From: a bacterium
GTDB taxonomy: Bacteria; SM23-31
NCBI GenBank assembly: GCA_965249485.1
Contig: OZ252239.1
Location: forward strand, 1-64,000
DNA: 64,000 nucleotides
Direction of reading: 5' to 3'
Below, piece after piece: positions 22,531 through 33,130 of this stretch. The first letter of the stretch is position 1; the number at the start of each line of letters is the position of its first letter. Below the pieces are notes generated by a model. That model searched no databases. It saw only the letters and a list, made by a program, of their open reading frames with translations, and had not been told where the DNA came from. The position numbers were made by a program, and so were the translations under genes.

Positions 22531-22612
22531 AATTATTGTATTGATAATTTTAATAACAACCATCCTGTTATAATTCCACTATATAAAATCAACCTTAGAA
22601 AGTCCAAATAAT

Positions 22613-23815
22613 TCATGAGCCACGGAAGAGTGTTTCCTCCCGCCGTATCCACCGTTCGCAGCCGAAGAGACTCAGTCCCGCAAGAAAAAACAGTGAGAGA
22701 TAGACCTCGGTCATGAGGAGCGGTGTCATTGTACCCGATATGACCGCCTTGGTCGCCAGAACGACATTCATAACAGGGACAAGTGCTGTTGTACTGTTTA
22801 GTTCGATTCCCGGCAACATAGCAATGATCAACGGTATTATTACGACAATATTCAACGGAGTAATGATACTCTGGGCTTCTTTGAACGACCGGGCATAGAA
22901 CGAAATGGCGAGCTGCATTCCCGCAAAAAATACGGTCAGCGGCAATAAGAGTGAAAGGACCAGGAGAATTGATTTCATCTGGAGAATTCCCATGAGCGCA
23001 TCCTGCAACTCGGGCGGCAATTCAAGCTGCAAAGTTTGAATTGCTCCAAAGAGGCCGATTACTGCGAAAACAGCTGATAATATTCCGGTCAAAACGACGA
23101 TACCAAATTTACCGGTTACGATCTGAAAGCGACTGGCGGGTGAAGCCATGAGTGTTTCGAGCGTTCCCCTCTCTTTCTCACCGGCTCCGAGGTCGATCGC
23201 AGGATACATACTCCCGATGAAGCAGAATATAATAAAAATGTAGGGCAGAAATCCTCCAATCTGTTGACCAATCCGTTCCTCAAGAGTTGCAAGGTTTATT
23301 ATTTTGGGCTGCACAGTATCGATTATCGTTTTATCCATATTCAATGTTTCAAATCTGGCATCCAGCAGGTGTTCCTTATATTCATTAACCAGTTCCATCA
23401 ACCGGTCATATACAATTTCCTGATCCCTTGTCGCCGTATTATAATATAACTCCATTTCTCCAGCGTGTAAATCAACGACCTGCCTGTCAAAATTTTGATT
23501 GAGGATAAGAGCTCCAGCCAGACTATCCTCGCGAATTAATTCCTGGACTTCATCTGAGTTGACTCCATCGATGATATGTAAATCATTCCGCTCAAACAGC
23601 ATGGCTCTTAAATCTTCTGCATTCCCTTAGGTGATCAGCCCAATATTCAAGACCTCTTCTTCAGCTTGCTGTATTTGCGACATTGTTAACCTGCTCACAA
23701 TACCAATTAAAACCGGAAAAAGGAGAATGGGAATGACAATCATAGTAATCAACGTCCTGCGGTCTCTGATCGTGTCGATGAGTTCTTTTCTGAATATCGT
23801 CATAATTATATTCAT
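22613..23815 (-). pseudogene. natB: NatB-like ABC-2 permease interrupted by an in-frame TAA at 23627-23629
   Basis: MNIIMTIFRKELIDTIRDRRT...GLIT*GNAEDLRAMLFER... read in one frame; AIDLGAGEKERGTLETL and ARSFKEAQS motifs. Confidence 0.8.
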
Positions 23816-23816
23816 G

Positions 23817-24584
23817 TCAGTTTTCCTCCACGAGCCGGAGAAACTCGTTTTAAAATGTATCAGTCTGCATTTGCTCTGTAAAATTGTTATAGGCACCGTA
23901 ATACTTGAGGTATCCTTTATGAATAATGGTAAGATCGTCACTGAGCATTCGGACTTCATCCATCCGGTGCGTCGAAAAGATAACAGTTTTTTTCTCCTCC
24001 CTGCATTGCCGGATCAGTTTCATCACATTTCGTGAGGTAATGATATCGAGCTCGACGGTCGGTTCGTCGAATATAAGAACATCCGGATCGTGAATAATAG
24101 TCCGCACGATCGATACTTTTTGAGTCATTCCCGAAGAGAGTTTTCCGATACGTTTTCTGCTGAAATCGTGAATGTCGAGAAGAGAAAAAAGTTCTTCGCG
24201 ACGCTGTAAGAATTTCTTCTTATCCATCCCATGGAGATCGGCAAAATATTTCACGAACTCATTCACCGTTAACCTGTGGTACAGGCCGGTATTTCCCGTG
24301 AGGAATCCAATCCGGCGGCGGACATCTTCAGGCTGTTTCACCGTATCGAATCCGCATACGGATACGGTACCGGATGTCGGCCGCAGCATGGTTGCAATTA
24401 CCCGGAGCGCTGTTGTTTTTCCAGCACCGTTCGGTCCCAACAGGGCTAATATTCTCCCAGTCTGACATGAAAAACTGACATTACTCACCGCATCTATCGA
24501 CGATCCTGAAAAACCTTTTTCCATTTCACGTTTCTGTTGTCGTGATAGAGTGAACCTCTTTGTAAGGTTTTCAACATTTATCAT
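23817..24584 (-). pseudogene. natA: NatA-like ABC ATPase with premature TAA at 23850-23852 (last ~11 aa lost; may still be translated)
   Basis: GPNGAGKTT, LSSGM, FDEPT, STH; the frame continues TDTF*NEFLRLVEEN* to a TGA next to the natB ATG; DEPTVELD departs from the usual DEPTxGLD. Confidence 0.7.
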
Positions 24585-25147
24585 GGTCGCTTCTCTTTTT
24601 CAACTCATTATAACATGTGCTTCGGATATTAATTGAGTGTAAGCGTTTCGGATATTTATGTCAAGATATATATGGTATTATGGTATTGAATATGGTAGAC
24701 AAATGAGCGGGAAAAAATATCATTGTAGTGGTACATGTAAGAGGAAATCCCGGGATGTCAATCTTGATATCTAAAAAAGTTGTAATAGAATGGATGTTTC
24801 TATGTCACATTATTTACCATTATTGTTATTCAATTCAAAATGGATATTCTAACGACATTATTTAAAAAATGACATGTAATCTCTTTTTTTAATTAAAAAA
24901 TTTCACACCCATGTTTCCGGCAATTTTTTGGGAAAGATTTTTCCTGTTGTTTGAAGATTACGCTGTTAGAATTGTAATTATCTATAGTATTAGAACATTT
25001 ACTTGTGAATGTTTTTGTTCTTTTGAAATTCAAATTGTACATTAGGAGCATAAACCAACCATAGTATCATACCTACTTCTAATTCGGAAAGTGTTTTCGA
25101 GATTATTAGTAATTTAACTGCACACTAAAAAAGAGGAGGTTTGAACA

Positions 25148-26779
25148 ATGTTCAAATGGAATCGTTATGTACTTGCTTTTATAATGACTGCGGGGCTATC
25201 ACTGTTTTTCTGCACAGCAGACAAAAGCAATACCAGTAATGAAACAAATAGCAATTATAACGGGCTTTTAGGCCTATTCGAGGAATTTCGCACGTTTCAA
25301 CAGCCTGAGGTCAGTAATGGCGCTCCGGATTATTCGGATGCGGCCATGGATCAAGAATTCCGTGAACTGCGATCCTTTCAGGACCGTCTTGCTGCAATTG
25401 ATATAAACGATTGGCCAACCTCGGAAAAGATCGATTACCATCTTGTTCGTGCAGAAATGAATGGGTATGAATTTCAACACCGGATTTTAAACCCCTGGTC
25501 AATAGATCCAGGATTTTATAATGATGTCATCTCCCGGTTCAGCCGGGTCAGAAATTTACCGCTCAGCAGCGATAATCTTGCTGATTTCAGAAACGGACTC
25601 GTAATAGTTCCGGAGATATTGAATCAGGCAAAAGACAATTTAAACAATTTCTCTGAAATTGCAGGCGATCTTGGTACTCTTGCAGTACTCTCTTTGGGAG
25701 ACACAAAAGCATCCTACATAGAACTCTCAAAGCAACTGGCCGAACACCATCCTGAATTGGAAGCCGACGTGGATAATGTGCTCCAAGCCATTGAAGACTA
25801 TATCGAATGGATAGAAGCAAATAAGAGTAAAATGACTGCAAAAGCGGGTGTCGGTAAAGAAAATTACAACTGGCTGCTCAAAAATGTTTACCTCTTTCCG
25901 TACACTTGGGAGGACGTCCGTACTATTGTCGAACTCGAAGACAACCGCGTCATCACTTTTCAGCGGCTTGAAGAAAACAGAAATCGAAACGTCCCTCCAC
26001 TTAAGCCGGCTGCAAGTAAGGAGGAATACAAACAGAGAGTCATAGAGGCCATAGAACACATTATGAAATTTCTTCGTGAAGATGAAATATTTACCATACA
26101 GGACGACCTTGAATGGGAAGATTATTGGATGTCTGGATGGCACGGATTTGATAATCCGTGGCCGGAAAAACACGACTATTTCTTCAATTTCTCCCATCGT
26201 GAACCGGTAATGGAGGAAACTCACGAGATGATTGGTCACAGTTTCGATGGCCAGAGGTATCGGCGCGATAACCGTCCGATCCGCGGCGGTCGACGCCCGT
26301 ATAAAATATCAACTGCCAGGGGAGAAGGATTTGCTTTCGCTCTTGAAGAGCTGCTGATGCATGCCGGCTATCTTGACGGAAGGAATCCTCATGGTCGAGA
26401 AATTGCGTATGAGCAATCTGCATTCAGGACAGTCCGTGCACTTTCGGATGTCTACATGCACAGTCAGGATTGGAATTTGGATGACGCAATGGAATTCTGT
26501 GTCAACAATGCACCGAGCGGCGAAATGCTCGACGGCAGCCACCATTTGTGGTACGAACTCGATACAACGCTCCGCGGTGTCGGTCATCATATGCTCATGG
26601 TTCTCGGCAAAGTCCAGCTCATGAAACTTATCAGAGACAGGGCAAATCAACTCGGTGATGATTTTAATCTGAAAGTATTTTTGGATGAATTTTTTGAGTC
26701 TGGTTCGATTCCGATGTCGCTCATCCGGTGGGAAATGACCGGTTATGACGATGAGATTAAAACGTTGACGAACAATTAA
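25148..26779 (+). CDS. DUF885-family exported protein (metallopeptidase-like)
   Basis: Signal/lipoprotein N-terminus; PWSIDPGFY, THEMIGH, EGFAFALEE, GKVQLMKL, FNLKVFLDEF..GSIP; RBS GAGGAGG. Confidence 0.82.
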   Translation: MFKWNRYVLAFIMTAGLSLFFCTADKSNTSNETNSNYNGLLGLFEEFRTFQQPEVSNGAPDYSDAAMDQEFRELRSFQDRLAAIDINDWPTSEKIDYHLVRAEMNGYEFQHRILNPWSIDPGFYNDVISRFSRVRNLPLSSDNLADFRNGLVIVPEILNQAKDNLNNFSEIAGDLGTLAVLSLGDTKASYIELSKQLAEHHPELEADVDNVLQAIEDYIEWIEANKSKMTAKAGVGKENYNWLLKNVYLFPYTWEDVRTIVELEDNRVITFQRLEENRNRNVPPLKPAASKEEYKQRVIEAIEHIMKFLREDEIFTIQDDLEWEDYWMSGWHGFDNPWPEKHDYFFNFSHREPVMEETHEMIGHSFDGQRYRRDNRPIRGGRRPYKISTARGEGFAFALEELLMHAGYLDGRNPHGREIAYEQSAFRTVRALSDVYMHSQDWNLDDAMEFCVNNAPSGEMLDGSHHLWYELDTTLRGVGHHMLMVLGKVQLMKLIRDRANQLGDDFNLKVFLDEFFESGSIPMSLIRWEMTGYDDEIKTLTNN

Positions 26780-26846
26780 TTTATCGTTTTTTAACAATAA
26801 ACTGGTGCGTTCCATGCTTCTGTAGATGAACATAAGAATAATAAAG

Positions 26847-26882
26847 AAAAGGCAGAACTAGTGCGGAAGTTCTGCCTTTTTT
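26847..26882. terminator. Bidirectional rho-independent terminator
   Basis: AAAAGGCAGAACT-AGTGCGGA-AGTTCTGCCTTTTTT between convergent genes. Confidence 0.88.
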
Positions 26883-26910
26883 ACATGGAACACTATAGAG
26901 AGGAAAAGTG

Positions 26911-27558
26911 CTACTTTATGATGACATACCGTTCAAGACGGGCAATCTCATTGTCGTCCACATACTTACCGATTTCGCGCCTGAATTGGGCTATGTTTCT
27001 GTAAGGGCGGTATTCTTCAAATTCATGGAGCATACGTCTCCCCATTCCGGGTATCGATAGAATATCTTCTTCACTGCCAGTGTTAAGATCGATTGGTACA
27101 AATACATACTGCTCAAACCGTGCGACTTCATCATCGTCAACATATTTTCCGATTTCACGCCTGAACTGTACGAGATTCGAATAGGGACGGTATTCCTCAA
27201 ACTCGTGCTGCATGCGTTTCCCCATTCCGGGAACCAGCATGATTTCGTCCTCAGATGCTGCATTGAGATTAATAGGGACGAACAGGTGCACAGAGAGATC
27301 CGCCCGCTGGTCTTCATCCAGTGACTCGGAAAGAAGGTTGTCGAAGTTTTCCATCGTTAAAAATGGACGGTTATCGATGATTTCTTCAGCAAGGGATGAT
27401 GAAATATGTGATAAATCACTCAATTCTTCTGCAGTCGCTATATTTGGGTTCAGTACACCCAAATTGTTCCCAACCTGACCGAATGCCATCGCAGAATATC
27501 CCGCCATCACCACGGCTGTGAATGCTGTATAAATGAGGATCTTTGTTTCATGATTCAT
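26911..27558 (-). CDS. Exported helix-hairpin-helix (ComEA-like) repeat protein
   Basis: Signal peptide ..AMAFGQ; three HhH-type units (LNPNIATAEEL; INLNAASEDEIMLVPGMG; IDLNTGSEEDILSIPGMG), the last two being near-identical 60-aa repeats. Confidence 0.8.
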   Translation of the reverse strand: MNHETKILIYTAFTAVVMAGYSAMAFGQVGNNLGVLNPNIATAEELSDLSHISSSLAEEIIDNRPFLTMENFDNLLSESLDEDQRADLSVHLFVPINLNAASEDEIMLVPGMGKRMQHEFEEYRPYSNLVQFRREIGKYVDDDEVARFEQYVFVPIDLNTGSEEDILSIPGMGRRMLHEFEEYRPYRNIAQFRREIGKYVDDNEIARLERYVIIK

Positions 27559-28057
27559 TGTCTAATTCCTCTCGATTACTTGATGTCGATTTATTGTGCG
27601 GATCGATTAAGAGGGGATGTCCATAGGTTGAAAGCAATCCGACGATACCTAATAATGACATCACACCGGGTGCAAGTGACGGTGGTGAAATTCCTTGTAT
27701 TGCCTGCCAGTAAAGAGCAAATCCGACTACCGCAGGATATAATTCCTGCTCGAATTCCAAATTACCTTTAAAGTGGAGATACAGACCGGTAATTCCTCCG
27801 GCTATGAGTAGTAGCAGTGATGCTCGAAATACTCTAAGGCTTATTTTGTCCCTGATCACACCGTAGAGTCCGGTTGTAACAGCACAGCATCCGATTAGAA
27901 TCAATGGAATTAGCTGAAATACTTGTTCCGTATGACGTATCAGCAATAACTCTCCACCGGTGCCGATGAGTCCGGCTATAAAAGTGAAAAACAAAAACGT
28001 GCGGATGGAAGAGAGTAATCCCAATTCACGTTTGTTGGTAGCGTCCTCTGAGGTCAT
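27548..28057 (-). CDS. Hypothetical 4-TM membrane protein
   Basis: Four hydrophobic segments with embedded ELLLIRHTE, LYLHF..NLEFE, PPSLAPG; overlaps the start of the HhH gene. Confidence 0.7.
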   Translation of the reverse strand: MTSEDATNKRELGLLSSIRTFLFFTFIAGLIGTGGELLLIRHTEQVFQLIPLILIGCCAVTTGLYGVIRDKISLRVFRASLLLLIAGGITGLYLHFKGNLEFEQELYPAVVGFALYWQAIQGISPPSLAPGVMSLLGIVGLLSTYGHPLLIDPHNKSTSSNREELDNES

Positions 28058-28307
28058 AAAATCTATCGCTTTTAAATGTGTTCGATTACTCTACTTATAA
28101 GTGCATGGGGTTCCTTATACAAGGCAAATAATCTAATTTATTATTTACACATTACCAAGCATAAAATTCAATTTTTATTACCCCCTTCATTATATATTTT
28201 TCTTTCATTTTGTGTATATTGTAATTACCATAATACACTTCCGATATAAGCTGTCTCATAAGACTGTTTTATTTTTTTAAGCAAAAATACTTCGATTGAC
28301 AATTCAG

Positions 28308-29132
28308 ATGAAATCTTCATTTAAAAGATTTTATTTCATCTCAGTGTTCGGGATAGCTGTATTGTTACATTCAACGTACTCCTTCGGCCAATATACAGCA
28401 TGCTCATCGAAAAATGAGAACATAATACACTCAATTGAAGCGACACGATATAATAAACCAGATGGCAAGTTTTCAAATAATCTACAATCAAGCACCGCTA
28501 AACTCTACACAAATAGAAAAATAATCTATGCGTTCGCTCTTTCAGGATTGATGGCGAATACCAATATCGATGAGCAGATACGGACATCGTATTATACCAA
28601 TCTCAAAGCATCGAAGAATAACCGGTACTCTAAATTAACCAAACCGCTCGGGAACGGCAGGTTGATGTTTAGCGCTTACCCAATTGCTTATATTGTAGGA
28701 AAATTATTTAGAATTGAAGCGCTAACCGATTGGAGCACAAAGTCTTCCGCTGCTACTTTTATCAGTGCGCCGGGATTATTAATGTCTCAGTACGTTCTGG
28801 GAGCATCGAGACCGCACCACGGATTCGGCTCGTATTGGTGGTCGGGTATGGATGGAAAAAACGGTGCCTCGGGTCATACGTGGGTTGCAGCGATACCGAT
28901 TATCACATCCGCAAAAATGACAGAGAACAGACTTCTGAAGATACTATTGTACAGCGCTTCAACATTGACCGGAATATCCCGTATCAATGACGATGCACAT
29001 TATACATCACAGGTTTTACTGGGGTACGCCTGGGCATATTACGCTGTGGACAGCATTTTTAATACCAGAAATAGCAAAAAATTTAGTGTGTTTGTCACTT
29101 CGTCATTAATAGGAGTATCAGTCAATTTTTGA
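28308..29132 (+). CDS. PAP2-family phosphatase
   Basis: SRP, ASGHT, SRINDDAHYTSQV motifs; signal peptide-like N-terminus. Confidence 0.8.
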   Translation: MKSSFKRFYFISVFGIAVLLHSTYSFGQYTACSSKNENIIHSIEATRYNKPDGKFSNNLQSSTAKLYTNRKIIYAFALSGLMANTNIDEQIRTSYYTNLKASKNNRYSKLTKPLGNGRLMFSAYPIAYIVGKLFRIEALTDWSTKSSAATFISAPGLLMSQYVLGASRPHHGFGSYWWSGMDGKNGASGHTWVAAIPIITSAKMTENRLLKILLYSASTLTGISRINDDAHYTSQVLLGYAWAYYAVDSIFNTRNSKKFSVFVTSSLIGVSVNF

Positions 29133-29463
29133 TTATCAATATTCGGCGTGCTGTAATATTGATAATATTAGATTCCCTTGTAAAGCAGATACTTTAAACG
29201 GGGACGTTAAATTCGTCTACAGGTGTCCAGCATTAATTTACCATATTTTGAGCGGAATTTAAACACCGCCGGCAATAATTATGATGAAACAGAGTGGGTA
29301 ATTGCGGAGAATACGATCCACCATTCACGCAGGTTCCCTTCTCATGTAATGTTGCCTATAATTCCAGATGATGTCGAATAGTATTGTCAGGGCAATTTTA
29401 GACGATCCATGTCAACCGATATCCTGACGACTCAGCTTGAAAGCGCGACTACTTTGAATTGAG

Positions 29464-29527
29464 AAGAATTAAAACACAATGAGCTAAAAGTTTTGTGATA
29501 CTTTTAGCTCATTGTGTTTTAATTCTT
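29464..29527. repeat. Perfect 28-bp inverted repeat with 8-nt spacer
   Basis: AAGAATTAAAACACAATGAGCTAAAAGT-tttgtgat-ACTTTTAGCTCATTGTGTTTTAATTCTT. Confidence 0.95.
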
Positions 29528-29632
29528 GCCAGAACACTGTTATAAACCTGATATCGGTTTAACGCACCTTGTCATCACATCACATTGCTTTTAATATATA
29601 TTCCATGATTTATCACACCACAATACAGAATA

Positions 29633-29839
29633 CTAAATACTCCAATCTTCCTGCTTACTCTGCCAATATCTTTCGTGCAGGTAATAAAACAGCAATTTAA
29701 ACGACGCGTCGATAATTCCAATTGAGGCAGCAAACTTTATTTCACCTGTTATGATCAACGCTATCAACCCTGTTGTCAATGTGGCAATCACCCTCCAGGT
29801 AATTGTTTTGATCACACTCCGTCTAATTGAAGAATTCAT
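29633..29839 (-). CDS. DUF2061-family small membrane protein
   Basis: RSVIKTITWRVIAT...KLLFYYLHERYW. Confidence 0.85.
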   Translation of the reverse strand: MNSSIRRSVIKTITWRVIATLTTGLIALIITGEIKFAASIGIIDASFKLLFYYLHERYWQSKQEDWSI

Positions 29840-30030
29840 TACACCTTCTTGTATATTTTAACTGACGTAACTTGCTAATATGTTGTCCGGTTATCGAACA
29901 TTTACTTTTGAAACTATTTACAAATCGTATGAAGATGGCAAAGATACTACTTTTCGACGAATATTGAAATGCAAAAATAAATTAAATGCCAATTCTGCAA
30001 CCAACCGTTCCTTGCTTCACTATTTGTAAG

Positions 30031-31454
30031 TCATTGAATGAGTAAAATTCGCTCGTTCGGCGGGTGGAGGAATTCAACTCCCTGGCTTGTTACAATATGA
30101 TTGCCCTCTATATTGATAGAAATTGGAAAACCTGGCCGTTCGGGAAGATTAGTATGGACCATATATTCAAATGAAAAAAGGTGATTCTCCTGAATTGTAA
30201 GGTGTGACCGGTCTAACCGGAACGGAGCAACAGACGGTCCGACCGTCACCACAGTACCGCCGTTATTTCCTTCGCTGTGCAGATCGATTGAAAAACCCGA
30301 TTTATCGGTGTTCACGAGCACTTTCTGTATCATTGTGTAATCTTCAGTTCCGATATTCATAAATGGTGTGTAGATATATCCTTCATTTTCCAGTCCGGAG
30401 GCGATTGCCGCCAACGTTTCTTCTGCAGTCCTGCCGATCTTGATATTTTTGCGAATAACCTTACGGGCATCTATAGCCCGATCATAGGCATGCTGCAAAC
30501 TTTTAGGAACGCTCGATTCTCCTTCTTTCAGAATATAAAAATTACGTTTATAATCTGTCGAAAAGTAGTTCAGGTACCGTGTGCCGATATCAAATGTCCC
30601 GAAATCACCGCGTTGAATTATGTACTCGGGGTGATGAATCCACCACCGGACATCAGGCGGATCAATCGGATCGGACTGTGTCGAATAAAGGATCCGAGGG
30701 ATACTGACACTCCTTGTATAATCCCTTAAGAGGCCGTGTTTGAGAAACTGCTCCTGTACCCACCATCCAACATCACCCAGCGTGGTTTCTCCCGGTATGA
30801 TAACTTCACCGGACAAAGCTCGCTCAAGAATCTGGCGGTGCATCTCGAGTGCATCTGAAAAGGCGGTGATTTCGCTTTGAACCCGTCGCACCCGAAAATC
30901 GGTAATCACATACTCCGCAGAGACAATCCTCTCTGCATATTTCGGTCCCAGTGCTCTCTCCAGTTTTATATATTCAGAATGAGAAATCCCGTCTGATACA
31001 GCAAGCCATCCCGTATCTCGTCGGGAGAACCAAATATGTCGTAGAGATCAGACGACCCGCCGGAGTGATGCGTCAGCCAACGCGGGTCGACTTCGTCACT
31101 GCCGGGGATGTTTGACCGATCAAATAAATCAGAGACTTGAAGAGGCGGCCTGTTACCGTCACCGAGAACAGCCCGTTCGATCCTGTTTCCTCCCCTGTCT
31201 GTAAATATAATATAGCCGGTAACCGTCCCAAAATGAACTGCCATTGGGTCAGAGTTTCCGGCACGTATGACATGTATCCACATATCGACCTTGTTATCAC
31301 GCATGGCTCCCGGCAGAATCAGGTCAAATTTTTCTTTGCGTATCAGATGTAGAATCTCAGATGCTGCCTTTGCCGTAATGACATCCGGCTGAGCGACGGA
31401 AACCGTTACAGTGCTCAGCAAGGATATGACAATGATAATTAATCGCACAATCAT
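30031..31454 (-). pseudogene. M24-like paralog P1, broken by an internal deletion plus frameshift near 31010
   Basis: N-part ends DEIRD and jumps frame into WLAVSDGISHSEY; the conserved FVAERDPxTIAVN segment of the paralogs is missing; the C-part keeps the D,D,H,E,E ligands. Confidence 0.85.
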
Positions 31455-31478
31455 AATTCACTCTCTTAATGGTTACGT

Positions 31479-32873
31479 TCAACGGATCAGGATAATTTCC
31501 TCATTTGCCGGTTGAATCCATTCAACACCGTTGTTGGTGACGATTTGAGGATTTGAAAAATTTATGGACATGGGATAACCGGGCCGCTCAGGAAGATTTG
31601 TGTGGACGGCATATTCAAATGCAAAAATATGGTTCTCCGGAATTCTCAAGTGATGTGTAGCTTGTCGGAAATCTGATATAGATGCCCCGATCCGGTTGAT
31701 CATGTCGGAATCTCCACCATTGCGATTATTACCCATAGCGTGAAGGTCAACGTAAAATCCCGACTTATTTATATTTGCGAGAGCTCTTTGGAGAATCTTA
31801 TAATCTTCTGTGCCAATATCGTTAAAAGGAGTATAGATATAGTCTGCCTCTTCCAATGCAGAAACAATAGCCTGCAAACATTCCCCGGCAGTCATGCCGA
31901 CTTTTATCTGCTGCCGCATAATACCCTGCGCTTTTTTTCCCTGATCCCAGGCATACTGTATACTCTCCGGAACACCTGTTTCACCTTCCCGCAAAATATA
32001 TGCATGAATTTTCGTATCGACTCCAAAACCCATATAGCTCCCTGTTCCGCCCGCACCACCTGTAAAAAAATCGCAAAGCTGCAATACATAGTCAGGATCA
32101 TTAATCCAAAATCGCGCATCAGGAGGAGCAGTACGTTCGGATACTGCTGTATAGTAAATCCGGCCTCTTAATTCTCCCAGCATCGTTTTACCCGGCACAA
32201 CATTAGATAATCTTTCTAAATTACGCTGGCGGGCCAATGCTAATATTTCGGTCTGTGCAGCCACTTCCCTGCTTGTCCTTCTTGTCACGAATTCTATGAC
32301 GACATTCTCTGCGGACACAATTCTCCGAGAATATTTCGGTCCCAATATTTTTTCCAGCTTTACATATCCGGAATGTGAAATCCCATCTGCCGTTGATATC
32401 CAGGAGGAAGTATTGACGGCAATTGTACCTGGATCACGTTCGGCAACAAATTCTGTTAATTCGTCGTAAACTGAGAAGTCCAGAGTGCCATAATCATATC
32501 CGGAAACAGCTCGTGCGATCTCCAGAGAGCCATAAACATCTATATTTTCAACAGCTCCTGCTCCGCCAAAAACCGCACGTTCAATCCTGTCCCCCAGGTC
32601 GGTAAAAATCAAATAACCGGAAGTTGATCCAAATTGCGGAACCATTGGATCGGGATCTCCGGCGCGTGTGACATGAATCCACATATCCACATTACTGTCG
32701 CGCATGGCTTCAGGAAGAATAAGGTTAAGCTTTTCGTTTCTCATCAGACGGAGTGATTCAGCATCGGTATCCTGTGTACGCCGCGGCAGCGGGTTTGTTG
32801 ATCCTCGTTGTGCATTAGCATTTGGCACTGCACAAATCACAGATATGAATAATATCATAATTCGTAATAGCAT
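31479..32873 (-). CDS. Exported M24 (Xaa-Pro aminopeptidase fold) paralog P2, reduced metal site
   Basis: Signal ..VPNANAQ; MRDSNVDMWI, ERDP, ADGISH, AYILREGET, DLH, FAFEY; first Asp and last Glu ligand absent. Confidence 0.82.
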   Translation of the reverse strand: MLLRIMILFISVICAVPNANAQRGSTNPLPRRTQDTDAESLRLMRNEKLNLILPEAMRDSNVDMWIHVTRAGDPDPMVPQFGSTSGYLIFTDLGDRIERAVFGGAGAVENIDVYGSLEIARAVSGYDYGTLDFSVYDELTEFVAERDPGTIAVNTSSWISTADGISHSGYVKLEKILGPKYSRRIVSAENVVIEFVTRRTSREVAAQTEILALARQRNLERLSNVVPGKTMLGELRGRIYYTAVSERTAPPDARFWINDPDYVLQLCDFFTGGAGGTGSYMGFGVDTKIHAYILREGETGVPESIQYAWDQGKKAQGIMRQQIKVGMTAGECLQAIVSALEEADYIYTPFNDIGTEDYKILQRALANINKSGFYVDLHAMGNNRNGGDSDMINRIGASISDFRQATHHLRIPENHIFAFEYAVHTNLPERPGYPMSINFSNPQIVTNNGVEWIQPANEEIILIR

Positions 32874-33130
32874 AACATCCTCCTCAAAATCAATTAAATG
32901 GCGGCTTTTTTTAACACTTATTTTTAATTTGAATGATATAATTACTTCCGCACGTAGTCAAGTTAAAATTTCCGAAGGTTACGGTAGTTACTCCTTTGAC
33001 TTCATACAAAACTCATCCATCCGGCAAAATGTAATTTTTTTGCAAAGCAATATTAAAAATGCTAACTCATATGAATCAGCCTTTTCAATATTGAAAAGAG
33101 CTCAATTTTTTAATGTTCAGGTTAAGAGAA

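Noticed and set aside
23627..23959. 110-aa ORF as an independent gene
   Set aside because: It is the natB N-terminus (from ATG 23815) plus an off-frame extension overlapping natA
29280..29420. Possible cysH/PAPS-reductase relic near DUF2061 (IWNY, TLHEKG fragments on the minus strand)
   Set aside because: Fragments are too short and in inconsistent frames to support without a tBLASTn search
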